Shown piece by piece: positions 50,626 through 64,000 of a stretch of DNA of 64,000 nt. How positions within the stretch are numbered: position 1 is the stretch's first letter; every line of letters begins with the position of its first letter. Both the position numbers and the translations under genes were made by a program. The stretch spans positions 22,258,001-22,322,000 of the forward strand of contig NC_086106.1 in the NCBI RefSeq assembly GCF_963921235.1, given 5' to 3'. This DNA comes from Mobula hypostoma. Taxonomy: Eukaryota. The notes beneath the pieces are model-generated. The model was not told the DNA's origin. It did not search any database and saw only the letters and a list, made by a program, of their open reading frames with translations.

Positions 50626-53600
50626 TCCATAAGGCCATAAGACAAAGGAGCAGAAGTCGGCCATTCCGCCCATCGTGTCTGCTCCGTCATTTTATCATGA
50701 GCTAATCCATTCTCCCATTTTAACCCACCTCACCGTCTTCTGACCATAACCTTTGATGCCCTGGCTGCACAGATACCCATGAACCTCTGCCTTAAATACA
50801 TCCAATGACTTGGCCTCCACTGCCGCCAGTGGTAACAAATTCCACAGGTTCACCACCCTCTGCAGAGAAAAAAAATCTTCGGATCTCTGTTCTGAATGGG
50901 CGCCATTCAATACTTAAGTCATGCCCTCTCGTACTGGACTCCCGCATCTTGGGAAAAAAAAAACTTTGCCACATCCACTCTGCCCATGCCTTTCAACATT
51001 CGAAATGTTTCTATGAGGTCCCCCTTCATTCTTCTAAACTCCAAGGAAAACAGTCCAAGAGCAGACAAACTTTACTCATATGTTAATCCTCTCATTCCAG
51101 GAATCATTCGACTGAATCTTCTCTGTACCCTCTCCAACGTCATCATACCCTTTCTTAAATAAGGATACCAAAACTGTCCGCAGAACTCCAAGTGAGATCT
51201 TGACAGCGCCTTTTAGAGCCTCAGCATCACATCTCTGCTCCTATACAGTATCCCTCTAGAAATGAATGTCAATATTGCATTGGCCTTCTTCACCACCGAC
51301 TCAACCTGGAGGTTAACTTTAAGGGTATCCTGTACGAGGACTCCTATGTCCCGCTGCATCTCAGAAGTTTGAATTCTCTCCCTATTTAAATAATTGTCTG
51401 CCCATTTATTTCTTCTGCCAAAGTGCATAACCATACACTTTCCAACATTGAATTTCATTTGACACTTCTTTGCCCATTCTTCCAATCTATCCAAGTCTCA
51501 CTGCAAACTCTTTACTTCCTCCGCACTACCGGCTCCTCCAGCTATTTTCGTATCGTCAGCAAACTTAGCCACAAAACCATCTATTCCATAATGCAAATCG
51601 TTGATATACAACGTAAGATGAAGCGGCCCCAACACGGACCCCTGTGGAACACCCCGGTAACCGGCAGCTAACCAGAATAAGATCCCTTTATTCCCACTCT
51701 CTGTTCCCTGCCAATAAGCCAACGCTCTGTTGACGCATGCAACTTCCCCATAATTTCATGGGCTCTTATCTTGAGAAGTAGCCTAGTGTATGGCACTTTA
51801 TTAAAGGCCTTCTGAAAATCCAGATATACAACATCCACTGCATCTACCTTGTCTAGCCTACTAGTAATTTCCTCAAATAATTGTAATAGATTGGTCAGGC
51901 AGGATTTTCCTTTAAAGAATCCATGATGAGTTTTGCCTGTTTTGTCATATGCCTCCCGGTACTCAGTAACCTCATCCTTGACAATCGACTCCAACAATTT
52001 CCGAGTCACCGATGTCAAGCTACCAGGTCTATAATTCTATTTTTTTACTTCTTTGCCCCATTCTAAAATAGTGGTGTGACATTTGCAATCTTCCAGTCCT
52101 CCGGTACCATTCCAGAATCTATCGACTCTTTACAGATCATCGCTAATGGCACCGGAATCTCCACAGCTATTCCTTCAGAACACGAGAGTGCATTCCATCT
52201 TGTCCGGGTGATTTATCTGCCTTTAGACTATTCAGCTTTCTGAATACTTACTCTGTCGTTACTGTGACTGCGCACCCATTTCTTCCTTGCCACCCTATAC
52301 TGCTGATGTCTTCATCAATGCAGATTGATGCAAAATACTCGTTCAGTTCCTCCGCCGTCTCCGTATTTCCCATTACAATTTATCCAGCATCGTTTTGTAT
52401 TGGTCGTCTATCTACTCTCACTTGCCATTTGCTCTTTATATACTTGGAGAAGCTTTTAATATCTTCTTTGAAATTATTTGCTAGCTTCCTTTCATAGTTA
52501 ATCTTTTCCCTCTTAATGACCTCCTTAGTTTCCTTCTGTAAGCTTTTAAACACTTCCCAATCCTCTGTCTTCCCACTAATTCTCGCTTCCTTGTATGCCC
52601 TCTACTTTGATTTAACTTTGGCTTTGACCTGCCTTGTCAACCACCGTTCCATTCTTTTTCCATTCGAAAATTTCTTCTTGTTTGGAGTATACCTGTCTTG
52701 CCCCTTCCTCACTTCCCGTATAAACTCCAGCCACTGCTGCTCTGCTGTCTTTCCCGCCAGTCTCCCTTTCCAGTCAACTTTGGCCGGCTTCTCTCATGAC
52801 ACGGTAATTTCCTTTACACCACTGAAATATCGACACATCAGATTTCGGCATCTCGTTTTCAAATTTCACAGTGAACTCAGTATTGTTATGATCACTGCTT
52901 CCTAATGATTCCTTCACTTCAATCTCCCTAATTACCTTCGGTTCATTACACAATACCCAATCCAATACAGCCGATCCCCAAGAGAGTTCAACAACAACTT
53001 TTCTAAAAATCCATCTCGCAGATATTCTACAAATTCTCTCTCTTGAGATCCAGTACCTAGCAGATTTTCCCAATCCACTCGCATGTTAAAAGTTTAAACA
53101 ATTATTATAACACTGGCCTTCTAACAAGCCTTTATCTATTTCCTGTTGTAATTTGTAGTCCAAATCACTGCAGCCGTTTGCACGCCAAAATATAACTGCC
53201 ATCAGGGTCTTTATACCCTTGCGATTTCCATCTCAACCAATAAAGATTCTGAACCTTCCGATCCTATATCACATCTTTCTACTGATTTAATATCATTTCT
53301 TACCAATAAAGCTACGCCTCCCCCTCTGCCTTCCTTCCGATCCTTGCGATACACCATGTAACCTTGGACGTTCAGCTCCCAGAGACATGCGTCCTTTAGC
53401 CATGTCTCTGTGATGGCCACAATATCATACCTGCCAATCTGTAGCTGTACGACAAAAATCATCCACCTTGTTCCTTATGCTGCGTGCATTTAAGTATAAA
53501 ATCGTAAGACCGGTATTTGGTACTTTTCGCTTTGATTTCAAAGCAACTTTATTGCACTGCATGTCATCCCAATGGCTACAAATTTACCCCATCACCTGCC

Positions 53601-54930
53601 TGTCTATCCTGACATCTTTACTGCTCACTATCTTAGATTTATTTGTGTTTCCACTTACTCCGCTCCGATCCCATCCCCCTGCCATATTAGCTTAAATCCT
53701 CCCTAACAGATCTATTAAACCTTCCCGCCGGGATGTTGGTCCCTTCGAGTTCAGTTGTAACATGTCCATTTTGACCAGGTCTTACTTCCCCCAGAAGAGA
53801 TCCCAATGATCCAATAATCTGAAGCCCTGCCCCCTGCACGAGTCTCTCAGCCACACATTCATCTGCCTGATTCTACTATTCTTGTCCTCGCCAGCTCGTG
53901 GCACAGGTAGAAATCCCGAGATTACTACCCAGGAGGTCCTGCTTCTCAGCTTCCTTCCTAACTCCCAGAAATCCCTCTTCAGGATCTCCTTCTTTGTCCT
54001 ATCTATGGCATTGGTACCAACATATACCAAGACAAATAGCTGCTGGCCCTCTCCCTTTAGAACATTCTGGACCCGATCCGTGACATCCCGTACCCTGGCA
54101 CCTGGGAGGCAACACACCATGCTTGTAACTCGATCAGGCTCACAGAATATCCTGTCTGATCCCCTGACTATGGAATCCCTTATGACTACCGCATTCCTCT
54201 TCTCCCTCCTTCCCTCCTGCACAACAGGGCCCGGCTCACCGGTCACCGTGGGCGTCCCCTGTCAGGTCATCCCCCCCAACAACATTCAGAACAAGATACT
54301 TGTTGCTGAGAGGGACTGCCACAGGTGTGCTCTCCACTATCCGGACATTTTCCTTCCCTCTCCTGACAGTCACCCGGTTTTCTGACCCCTGTAGCCTACG
54401 GATGACTACCTCCCTGTAGCTCCTGTCTATCACCTCTTCACTTTCCCTGATAAGCAGTAGGTCATCAAGCTGCAGCTCCAGATCCCAAGCACGGTCTGTG
54501 AGGAGCAGCATCTCGGTGCACCTGCGCAAGATGTGGCCATCAGGGAGGCTGGAGATCTCCCAGGATCTCCACATCTGACACCCTGAACAAAACACTAACC
54601 CGGCACACATGCTATCTAATTCTACTGGAAGGAAACAGTAAAACTAAGTCTAGTCGCCCACTTACCTCGCCAAACAGACGAACTTTTTTAAACCGTTAGC
54701 TCGTAACGTTAGCTGTGTGAGCCCTTCTGTTCCCGTCTGTCCAGGCCGATTCGCCAAGGCAAAAAAAAAAAAAGAGTTGGTGTTTCGCTCTCTCATCTTC
54801 CTGTTAACGCCGAAGCCCGTTGAAGCCAAAGCCTTACACTCTGTTACCACTAACACCGCTGCCCTCTTTACAGCGTTGTCTCCTTCTTAAACTCTCCGCG
54901 TTGTCCTGTCTACGTCACGTGCCTGCGCAG
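50626..54930 (-). mobile_element. Near-full-length CR1-type LINE: ORF1 (Cys-rich/leucine zipper plus SGNH-esterase-like) and ORF2 (EN, RT), frameshifted
   Basis: CSGCQMW...RRCTEMLLL (54236-54610); IRDSIVRG...VGTNAI...HWDLFWG (53782-54246); YDIVAITETWL; DFQKAFNKV; KFADDTKI; (cttatgg)n tail at about 50626. Confidence 0.9.
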
Positions 54931-55049
54931 TCTATCCTTTCCTGTACTCGAAGAAGTTTTCAATAAAGAAAAATCTGCCTTCCTTCAGAATTCAGCTCCC
55001 ACGCCGCTCTGTTTTCCCGAACCAAAAGAAATCCGTTGGAAGGTCGAGT

Positions 55050-55690
55050 CGGTGGTGAGCTAGGTAAATGCCATGTTACTATTGCGTTCATGAGGTCGAC
55101 AAGGCCAAAACAGGGATGGAATACTCATGATTGAATAGAACTGGTGTGGCCTCATCTTGAGTATTGTGAAAACTTTTGGGGTCCTCATCTTAGAAAAAAA
55201 TGCTGGCATTGGAGAGATGTATAAAGGAGGTACAGAAGGATAATTCCAGGAATGAAAAGTTTATCATACGAAGAACGTTTGATTGCTCTGGGACTGTACT
55301 CGCTGGAATTCAGCAGGATGAGGGGGGATCTCATTGAAACTTTCGAATTTTGAAAGGCCTAGACACAGTAGATGTTTCACATGGTGGGACAATCTAGTAC
55401 AAGAGGGCACAGCGTCAGGATAGAAGGGCGGTTTTTCAAATGAAGAACTTTCATTAGCCAAAGTGTGGTGAGTTTGTGGTGTTTGTTACTATATGGAATT
55501 GTGGAGGCCAAGTCGTTGAGTTTATTCAAAGAGAGATCTATTAGTTCATCATTGGACATGGAATAACAGGTTCCGTGGAGAACGCAGGGAACAAGAGTTG
55601 AGGAGGAGGAAAAAGAGGCTCTGCCATGATTGAACGGCGGAAAAGAATCGAAGGGCCAGATCGCCTTATTCTGGACTTATGTATGGGATC
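55050..55690 (+). mobile_element. Decayed CR1-type 3' fragment
   Basis: gggactgtactcgctggaattcagcaggatgaggggggatctcattgaaac and the tail. Confidence 0.7.
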
Positions 55691-55974
55691 CTTCATGACG
55701 GATGAATCTTCTTGCGATAATGGGTATTGTACGTGCGCTCAATGGTAAATAAGGGTGGATTGGTCAATGACCATAACTGTGGAGCACCACAACCCACTAG
55801 ACAACATCTATACAAAGAGTTCAGTCTACGTTTCCGGTGAACACCCGTCGGCCGGGCCACTGAAAGGATTTGCACCGAAAAATTGACTGTACAGTGTTCC
55901 GTAGATGCTACATTTCCTTCGAAGTTCCTCAAACAATTTGTGTGTGTTGCTTGGATTTGCAGTATAACCATATA

Positions 55975-58380
55975 ATGATATAACCAGATAACAACTACAG
56001 CACGGAAACAGGCCATCTCGATCCTTCTAGTCCGTGCCGGACGCTTACTCTCAACTAGTCCAACTGACCTGCACTCAGCCCGTAACCCTCCATTGCTTTC
56101 GTGTCCACATACCTATCCAATTTTCTTTAAATGACAATATCGAAACTGCCTCCACCACTGCTACTGGAAACTCGTTCCACAAAGCCACCACTCTCCGAGT
56201 AAAGAAGTTTCCCCTCGTGTTACCCCTAAACTTTTGCCCCCTAACTCTCAACTCATGTCCTCTTGTTTGAATCTCCCCTACTTTCAATGGAAAAAGCCTA
56301 TCCACGTCAACTCTATCTTTCCCCCTCATAATTTTAAATACCTCTATCAAGTCCCCCCTCAACCTTCTACGCTCCAAAGAATAAAGACCTAACTTGTTCA
56401 ACCTTTCTCTGTAACTCAGGTGCTGAAACCCAGGTAACATTCTCATAAATCTTCTCTGTACTCTCTCTATTTTGTTGACATCTGTCCTATAATTCGGTGA
56501 CCAGAACTGTACACAATACTCCAAATTCCCACTCGTGGTACCGCTAAACTTTTGCCCCCTACGTCTTAACTCATATCTTCTTGTTTGAATCTCCCCTACT
56601 CTCAATGTAAAAAAAAACCTACTCACGTCAACTCTATCTATCCCCTCATAAATTTAAATACCTCAATCAAGCCTTCCCTCAACCTCCTAGGTTCCAAAGA
56701 ATAAAACCTGCTTCAATATCCACAATGCCACCTAACGTTGTATCATCCGCATACCTACTAATCCAATTTACGCCCCCCCCCAACATCTAGATCATTAATA
56801 TATATGGCAAACAACATTGAACCCAATACAGATCTATGAGGCACACCACTAGTCACTCGCCTCCAATCTCACAAACAGTTATCCACTACTACTCTTTGGC
56901 ATTTCTCATGCAGCCACTGTTGAATCGATTTTGCAACTTCAATATTGATACGGAACGATTGAACCTTCCTAAGTAACCTTCCATATGGAAACCTGTCAAA
57001 GGATTTACTGAAGTCCATATAGTCAGTATCCACTGTTTTACCTTCATCAACTTTCCTGGTAACCTATTCAAAAAAATCAATAAGTTTTGTCAAACATGAT
57101 CTTCCACGCACAAATCCATGCTGACGGTTCCTAATCAGAGCCTGTTTATCCAGATACTTATATCTACCATCTGTAAGAATACTATCACTTCACTTACCCA
57201 CCACTGACGTCAGAGTTACAGGCCGATAATTGCTAGGTTTACTCTTAGAACCGTTTTTGTTTTAAACAATGGAACAACATGAGCAATACGCCAATCCTCT
57301 GGCACCATAACCGTTTCGAATGACGTTTTATACATTTCCGTCAGAGCTCCTGCTATTTCTACACTAACTTTCCTCAAGGTCCTAGAGAATATCCTGTCAG
57401 GACACGAAGACTTATACACTTTTATGTTCCTTAAAAGCGCTAGTACTTCCTCTTCTTAAATCATCATAACTTCCACAACGTCCCTACTTGTTTTCCTTAC
57501 CTTACACAGCTCAATATCCTTCTCCTTAGTGAATACCGAAGAAAGGAAATTGTTCAAAATCTCCCCCAACTCTTTGGCTCCACACAGAGCTGTCCACTCT
57601 GATTCTCTAAGGGACCAATTTTGTCCCTCACCATCCTTTTGCTATTAATATAACTGTAGAAACCCTTTGGATATATTTTCACCTTTATTTGCCAGAGCAA
57701 CCCGTATCTTCTTTTAGCTTTCTAATTTAGTTCTTAAGATTCATTTTTCATTCTTTATATTCCTCGAGCATCTCATTTACTCCATGCTGCCTATATTTAG
57801 TGCAGATATCTCTCTTATTCCGAATCAAGTTTACAATATCCCTTTTCCAATTGATAACTCTATGTATTGCTGCAAAAAGCTATCCTGCACACAATTTACA
57901 AACTCCAAATCATCTATCCCTTTTACATTATGAGCTTTCCAATCTATGTGTGGAAAATTAAGATCTCCCACATTTAGAACGTTCTGTTTAGTACAAACAT
58001 CTGATATCTCCGTACAAATTTGCTCCTTCAATTCTCACTCCCTATTAGGTTATCTATTATACACCCCTAAAAGTCTTACTACACCATTCCCAATCCTCAG
58101 TTCCACCCAAATAGCCTCTCTAGGTGAGCCCTGTAATCTATTCTTTCAGAGCACCGCTGTAATATTTTCTCTTACAGGCAATGCAACACCTCACCCTCTT
58201 TTCCATCCGATTCTATCATTTCTGAAGCAACGAAATTCAGGAATATTTATTTGCCAACCACACCCCTCCTGCAACAATGTTTCAGTAATAGCTACGACAT
58301 CATATTTCCAGGTATCAATAAATTATCTAAGCTCATCCGCTTTTCTTACAATGCTCCTAGCATTAACATAGATCTGCCGA
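55975..58380 (-). mobile_element. CR1-type LINE with rearranged/duplicated 3' part
   Basis: LEYCVQFWSPNYRTDVNKIERVQRRF (56075-56626), VGDLNFPHIDW (57831-58031), (ataacc)n tail. The segment near 56230-56400 recurs at about 56540-56710. Confidence 0.85.
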
Positions 58381-58619
58381 TTTTATCTTGATTGCGATGA
58401 GACTATGTTCATTGCCTTTAGTATATCTACCCGTTCACGTGCACAGGTAGATAGGTAGATAGATAGTTAGTTAGTTAGGTAGATAGACAGATCGATCGAT
58501 AAAGATAAAACAAATGTTTTATTTGCATCTTACACCGAATCATCTCAGTATACAGTTGAATGCATTGCTTGTATCATATCAAATCAGCGGTACTTGCTCT
58601 GAGATACCGGCAGGTGTCT

Positions 58620-59905
58620 CCAACGTTCCAATTACAATAGGCTAGACAAGGGGGATAGAATAGATTTTGTATATCTGGAGTTTCAGGAGGACTTTGAGAA
58701 CGTGCCACACATGAGGCTGCTTAACGAGATAAGAACCCATGGAATTCCGGGAAAGTTATACACGTGTATACAGCGTTGGCTAAGTGGCAGGAAACAGAGG
58801 TTGAGAATAAATGGATCCTATTCTGGCTGGCTACCGGTTACCAGTGGTGCTCCACAGGGGTCCGTGTTGGGGCCGCTTCTTTTTGCATTGTACATCAACC
58901 ATTTGGATTATGGAATATATAGCTTAATTGCTCAGTTTGCTGATGATACAAAGATAGGTGGAGGGGCCGGTAGTGTTGAGGAAACTGAGAGTTGACAGAG
59001 AGACTTGGATAGATTGGATGAATGGGCAAAGACATGGCAAATGAAATACAATTTTGGAAAGTGCATGCTTATGAATTTTAGCAGAAGAATAAACGGGCAG
59101 ACTTTTATTTAAATGGGGAGAGAATTCAAATTTCTGAGATGCAACGTGACGTAGGAATCCTCGTGCATGATACGCTTCAGGTTAACCTGCAGGTCGATTC
59201 CGCGGTGAAGATGGGGAATGCAATGTTTGCATTCATATCTAGAGGAATAGAGTATAGGAGCAGGGATATGATGTTGAGATTCTATAAGGCACTGACATGA
59301 TCTTACTTCGAGTACTGTGGGCAGTTTGGGGTTCGTTATATAAGAAAGGATGTGCTGACGTTGTAGAGGATTTCAGCGAAGATTCACTAGAATGATTCCG
59401 GGAATGAGAAGTTTAACATATGAGGAATGTTTCTCCTCTGTTGGACTGTATTCCTTGGAGTTTAGAAGAATGGGGTGGAACCTCATAGAAACAATTCGAA
59501 TATTGAAAGGCATGGACATAGAGAAAGTGGCAAAATTGTTTCCGATGGTGGCGGAGTCTAGTACGAGAGGGCATGATTTAAGTATTGAATGCGCCCATTC
59601 TAAACAGAGATGCGAAGTTGTTTGTTTTTTTTTATTATTATTTATTTATTTATTTTTGTTTTTCCTAGAGACTGATGAATCTATGGAATTTTTTTTGCCA
59701 CGGGCTGCAGTGGAGGCCAAGTCATTGGAGGTTTTTAAGGCAGAGGTCCATGGGTATCTGAGTAGCCAGGGCATCAAATGTTATGGTGAGAAGGCGGGGG
59801 AGTGGGACTAAATGGGAGAATGGATCAACTAATGATTAAATGACGGAGCAGACTCGATGGCACGAATGGCCGACTTCTGCTCCTATGTTATATGGTCTTA
59901 TGGTT
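58620..59905 (+). mobile_element. CR1-type LINE RT 3' half
   Basis: [18 protein letters not shown]...QFADDTKIGG, (cttatgg)n tail. Confidence 0.85.
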
Positions 59906-59949
59906 CACGTGACAGGATAGCATGCCGAAACACATATCCTTCGAAAGTG

Positions 59950-60323
59950 GGAGAAATATAGGCACCCGCATGAAACGACCATACAACTTGACCAAGTTCG
60001 AGGAGATTTCTGCAGTTCATCAGTAAAAAAAAAAAAAAATCCGTACGCTGATTTAGCTATTTCTGGAACATTGTCTTCGACTAAGCAATGAATCGTTATA
60101 CCATGAGACCGAAACACCTGCGGGATGGATATGTTCTGAACAATCACAAACGACAGCACTGCCAGAGTGACATCGAATGATTGCAATCGGCTTCTTTAGC
60201 AAACAGAATAAACCTTCAGCATTTTGCAAGTCAATCTCAGCTACAATCTGCGAAAAAGCAATAATATTTGCCCACGCAGGGGAACAAGATTATTATAGCA
60301 ATTCTGGAGCGGTAACGGAGCAT
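59950..60323 (-). pseudogene. Decayed TRAV relic (leader 60276-60323, 82-nt intron, V exon about 59950-60193)
   Basis: Leader MLRYRSRIAIIILFPC|gtgggc; acceptor ctaaAG at 60194. Exon has ...GSAVVCDCS...VSVSWY..., FTDELQKS.RT, and VVS..AGAY-ISPT (cf. VSDSAIYLCAITPT, with LCA missing). Heptamer remnant CACTTTC. Confidence 0.5.
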
Positions 60324-60500
60324 GGTGGTTGGATCCGATAGAGGTATCAAATGAGCAATGATCTATCGTGTTTATACACCGGATCGGGTATCTATACCGC
60401 AAGACATGAAGAACACACATTTTCTCTTTATCGAACATGAATGTCATTTCCAAAGCGCTCTCTGTGTGTCTCTTTGTATGTCTGTCTGTTTGTCTGCCTG

Positions 60501-60503
<3 letters not shown>

Positions 60504-60572
<69 letters not shown>
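60504..60572 (+). repeat. Compound microsatellite (TC)n-cgcg-(CA)n
   Basis: Seen directly. Confidence 0.95.
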
Positions 60573-60573
<1 letters not shown>

Positions 60574-61431
60574 AACACAGACTCACGCACACACATACAT
60601 TGAACATACACACTGGGACATCTGAACACATATGCCCTTCCTCTGTGTTCCTCTTCCGTCAATTGCCATCTTAGATCATCCAATACTATGAACCACGAGA
60701 GTTGAACGGCGTATTTACGTGCTGTATGACCTTTTCCTAGTTTAGTTAACATCGTCTCAAGTCATTTGTGCATCTGACAACCAGAATGCGCTGCTCTTCA
60801 TGAAGGTTCTTCTGATGCCAAGGCTACTGCAGGTGTTCTCCACTCATTTGTCCTGAAGCTTCAATAGGTTGTTCTCACTGTTTAAGTACTGAAGAGCCCT
60901 TGTCGATGTTCCAATCTTCGCCAGAAGATGGAAGTAACATCGACAAAGAGGAAACATCTGCTGCATTGACTTACAGTAGCTGTTGGTTCTACTTCTATTA
61001 AGTCGATTTAAAAGCCAGACGCTGTAAGTACTTTATTGTCCATACTGAAGTTAATATCCTTTGTCCTCTGCATGCTTCTGTACAGTGCAAGTAGATGTTG
61101 TTCAGACCATTTCTTACCATAATGTGCTTACGTGTAACTACATCCGGGCGTTGTACTTCGACCTTTGACTGACCTATTTCAGTGCGCACCTCGATGATGA
61201 TTACAACAGTAGTATCCTTAAACGTCTGTCATGATGTTGAAGGGTTAACGGTTCTGAGGACTGCTTGAGCCAATTAAATGCAGTTTTTCCTTGAAACAAA
61301 AAGAGACGGGACACATCGATGTAAAGTCTGGATTATATCAAAGTGTTACGATCGGAGGAGGATGGCAGGAGTTTCATTGTGAGACTTGCCCGTGGACCTT
61401 GTCAGATTTCTCTCCTCTTTTGATCCCGCAG

Positions 61432-61718
61432 ATTTCTGCATGTTTTCGTAGAGTGCAAAGTCTGCATAGGTTAATTGTCATCTATCGTGAATCATACCAG
61501 GCATACGGTATTTCTAAGAAGACAATGGTGAAAAATGAACGATATATAACTTGATTTTTAGAACCTACGTTCTTCACCTGACCAGGCAGAGATACAGCGG
61601 GAAAGGAAAATCGCTATTCAGAAGATTACAAAACGCAGCTGATGAAGACACAATGATCGAATAACAAAGTGGAGAATGCCACGGATCGGAGAAGATGATG
61701 GAAAAAGCTACATTTGGT
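61432..61718 (+). pseudogene. Possible decayed V relic with RSS-like end
   Basis: Polypyrimidine acceptor ...cccgcAG. One frame gives VNCHLS*IIPGIRYF*EDNGEK...RYSG...LQNAADEDTMIE* (cf. VNC...WYIQDNRET). CACGGAT, 23 nt, then ACATTTGGT at 61680-61718. Confidence 0.35.
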
Positions 61719-62469
61719 TAAAAAAATAAAAAAAGAAAAACTCACTGTGGAAGAATTTAAGATCCTTTGGTGATATAGGGATTAACCTACCAGGTTGTGA
61801 ATGTTCTTTAAATTGAGCTAAAGTCCTTGCTCTTAGAATTTAGCTGAAAATCCTTGATGATGTTCACAGTAAAATATTATGGCGCTTCATTTACGTAATG
61901 CTGTTGTTTCTTGAAATTTAGGCCAAATTCAAATCACGATGCTTCTTACATTTTAGGCCTAAATTCACAGCTGAGCAATGTTCTTATTTGGTGCTTTTAG
62001 TTACGTACGCTGTGTCTATATAATGAAGCGTGTCTGAAAGCTAACTAGAGCTTCTGAACACCGCTTTTACGAAAAGAAGCTGTCCGTTATATAACGTATC
62101 AATAAAGTCTTTTAGTCTGAAACAATTTTCTGAGTCGGCCTGGTTTGTTCTGGTTGCTGCTCCCGAGATTTTTCCGCAACACTCACTAATTATCTATCTA
62201 ACTAACAAACTGGCTAATAAATAAACAAGCACAAAGCAGATAGAAAATGCGAAGGGTTGAATAAATATATAAATAAACAAATGAATACATAAATGCATAT
62301 TTACAAACATACATACATGCATACGTACATAGATGAATTAAAGAATGAATGAATGAATAAATTGATGTTCAAATCCTGTAAATAGCAAAAAGAGATGGGA
62401 TTAAGAAACTGTATATAGCAAGTGTTTGAAACAGTTACTTATTTTTGAGGCAATCAAAGAGAGACAAAG

Positions 62470-64000
62470 TCAGTGAAGAGGGTTGGAAAGTTAGGGAGTG
62501 CAAGGATAGCATGAAGAGATATATTCATACGTGATTGAGAGGTTGGTGTGAAAGTTAGGGCCCAAGATTCCTGGACCGCTTGGGCCTCTTCTGGGGGAGG
62601 TATGACTGGTAGAAAAAAAAAATGGGTTACACCTCAAGCCAAATGGGCCGCATATCCAAGCCAGCGCATTTAATAAAGCTGTTAGGGAAGGATTGAACTA
62701 ATTCTGCAGGGGGATGGGATGTTTTAAAATAATTTACTGGGGCATCGGAACCGGAGTGATAGAATTGAGGAAGGTGTAAAAAGAAATAAATCAAAAATAG
62801 CGTAGAACAGGAACTATAGGAAGAACAGGCAGCAGATTAGGTTTCATCACAGCCAGGGACACGAGTTTAAGGGCATTAGAGGCATGCTGCAGTTCAAACC
62901 GAAAGCAGCAAATACTGCACTGAAAGTGTTATGTTTGAATACACGCAGCAGAAGGAATGAAATGGACGGTCTTCAAATTCAGTCACAGATTGGCAAATAC
63001 GATGTTCTGGCCATCTCTGAAACTTGGCCGAAGGATAGCTGCCATTGGGAGCTGAACGTCCAAAGATTTACGAAGTTTTGGATATAGGGTATTAGACAGA
63101 GGGGTGGAGTGGTTGTGTGTAGAAGAAAACATATTAAATATTCAGAAAGAGATGACATAGGATTGGAAGGCGTAGATTATCTGTGGGTTCAGTTAAGAAA
63201 TGGCAAGGGAAAAGAGATCCTAATGGCAGTTGTATACAGGGCTCCAACAGCAGCTGTTACAAAATTACACATTTTCGCAGGAGATAGAAAAGTCGTGTCA
63301 GAAAGGCAATGTCACGATAATCTTTGAATATTTGAATATGAAAGTGGGTTGGGAAAGCCAGGTCAGTACTGGAACTGGAGAGAGAATTTATACTATGTGT
63401 AAAGGATGGCTATTTCAGAACAGCTTGCTGTTGAGCCTACTAATGAATCGGCTGTGCTGCATTAGGTGTTGTGCAATGATCCGGAGGTGATAAGAGAGCT
63501 TAAGCTTAAGGACACTGCGGGATAGTGATCACAATTTGATCGAGTTTACATTGAAATTTAAAAGGGAAACAAAATCCAATGTGACCATATTTCAGTGGAA
63601 TATAGGAAATTATAATGTCGTGGGAGGGGAACTGCCCGAATTTGACCAGAAAGGGACATTAGCAGGAAGGACAGCAGAGCAGCAATGGCTAAAGTTTCTG
63701 CGGAAAATGAGCTAAATTCAAAACAATAAAAGCATTTTTTAGTATATAACGGTTATTAGAGAGTCGAGGCTAAATAAGGGATTAATACAAAATTACGCTG
63801 GAAATATGGTAATGAGAGTTGCAGAGACGATAGAGGAATCGAATGCGTATTTTGCATCAGTCTTCACAGTGGATGACGTCTGGAGTATACAGAACATTTG
63901 AGCGTGTCAGAAAAGTGAAGTTTGTGTCGTAGAAATGACGACTGAGAAAGTGCTTAGAATGCTGAATGAAATTATCTGATGGTGGATACATAATCTGGAC
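62470..64000 (+). mobile_element. Decayed CR1-type LINE 5' part (esterase end, endonuclease), runs off the window
   Basis: LKVLCLNTRSRRN...YDVLAISETW, LWVQLRNGKG...AVVYRAP. Confidence 0.8.

Noticed and set aside
60241-60752. ORFs with CVCV/ERER/THTH runs
   Set aside because: Translations of the (TC)n(CA)n microsatellite.
1-64000. CRISPR arrays, prokaryotic operons, rRNA/tRNA genes, TCR D/J/C exons
   Set aside because: None supported. The tandem repeats lack unique spacers, the only tRNA-related signal is a PBS, and no convincing constant exon or intact J was seen.

Overview
Vertebrate genomic DNA, almost certainly from a cartilaginous fish (probably a ray, inferred from HER1/HE1-type LINE tails and Penelope-type tails). 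The window is part of a T-cell receptor alpha/delta variable-gene region, and most of it is retroelement-derived. Immune content: (1) one apparently intact TRAV-like gene on the minus strand (leader 15244-15289, V exon 14857-15163, 23-bp-spacer RSS); (2) a head-to-head plus-strand TRAV pseudogene (18072-18552); (3) a TRDV/TRAV-like pseudogene split by a 3.4-kb non-autonomous LTR element with a 5-bp TSD (3515-7228); (4) several heavily decayed V relics (about 20.5, 60.1 and 61.5 kb); (5) speculatively, a short NAR-type V plus J relic upstream of the split V, which would resemble a fossil NAR-TCR cassette. Mobile DNA: many CR1/HER1-type LINE fragments, two L1-clade LINEs, a Rex1-like fragment, two deletion derivatives of one Gypsy family with minisatellite-built LTRs, a Gmr1-type Gypsy (PR-INT-RT-RH order, tRNA-Pro PBS) in a three-tier nest, and a Penelope-type tail with an intact minimal hammerhead ribozyme core. 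There is one assembly gap (18764-18935). I found no convincing wholly new gene system. The best leads are the possible NAR-TCR-like relic cassette, the mixed-orientation V array, and the ribozyme. All alignments were done by eye, and repeat boundaries without TSDs are approximate.
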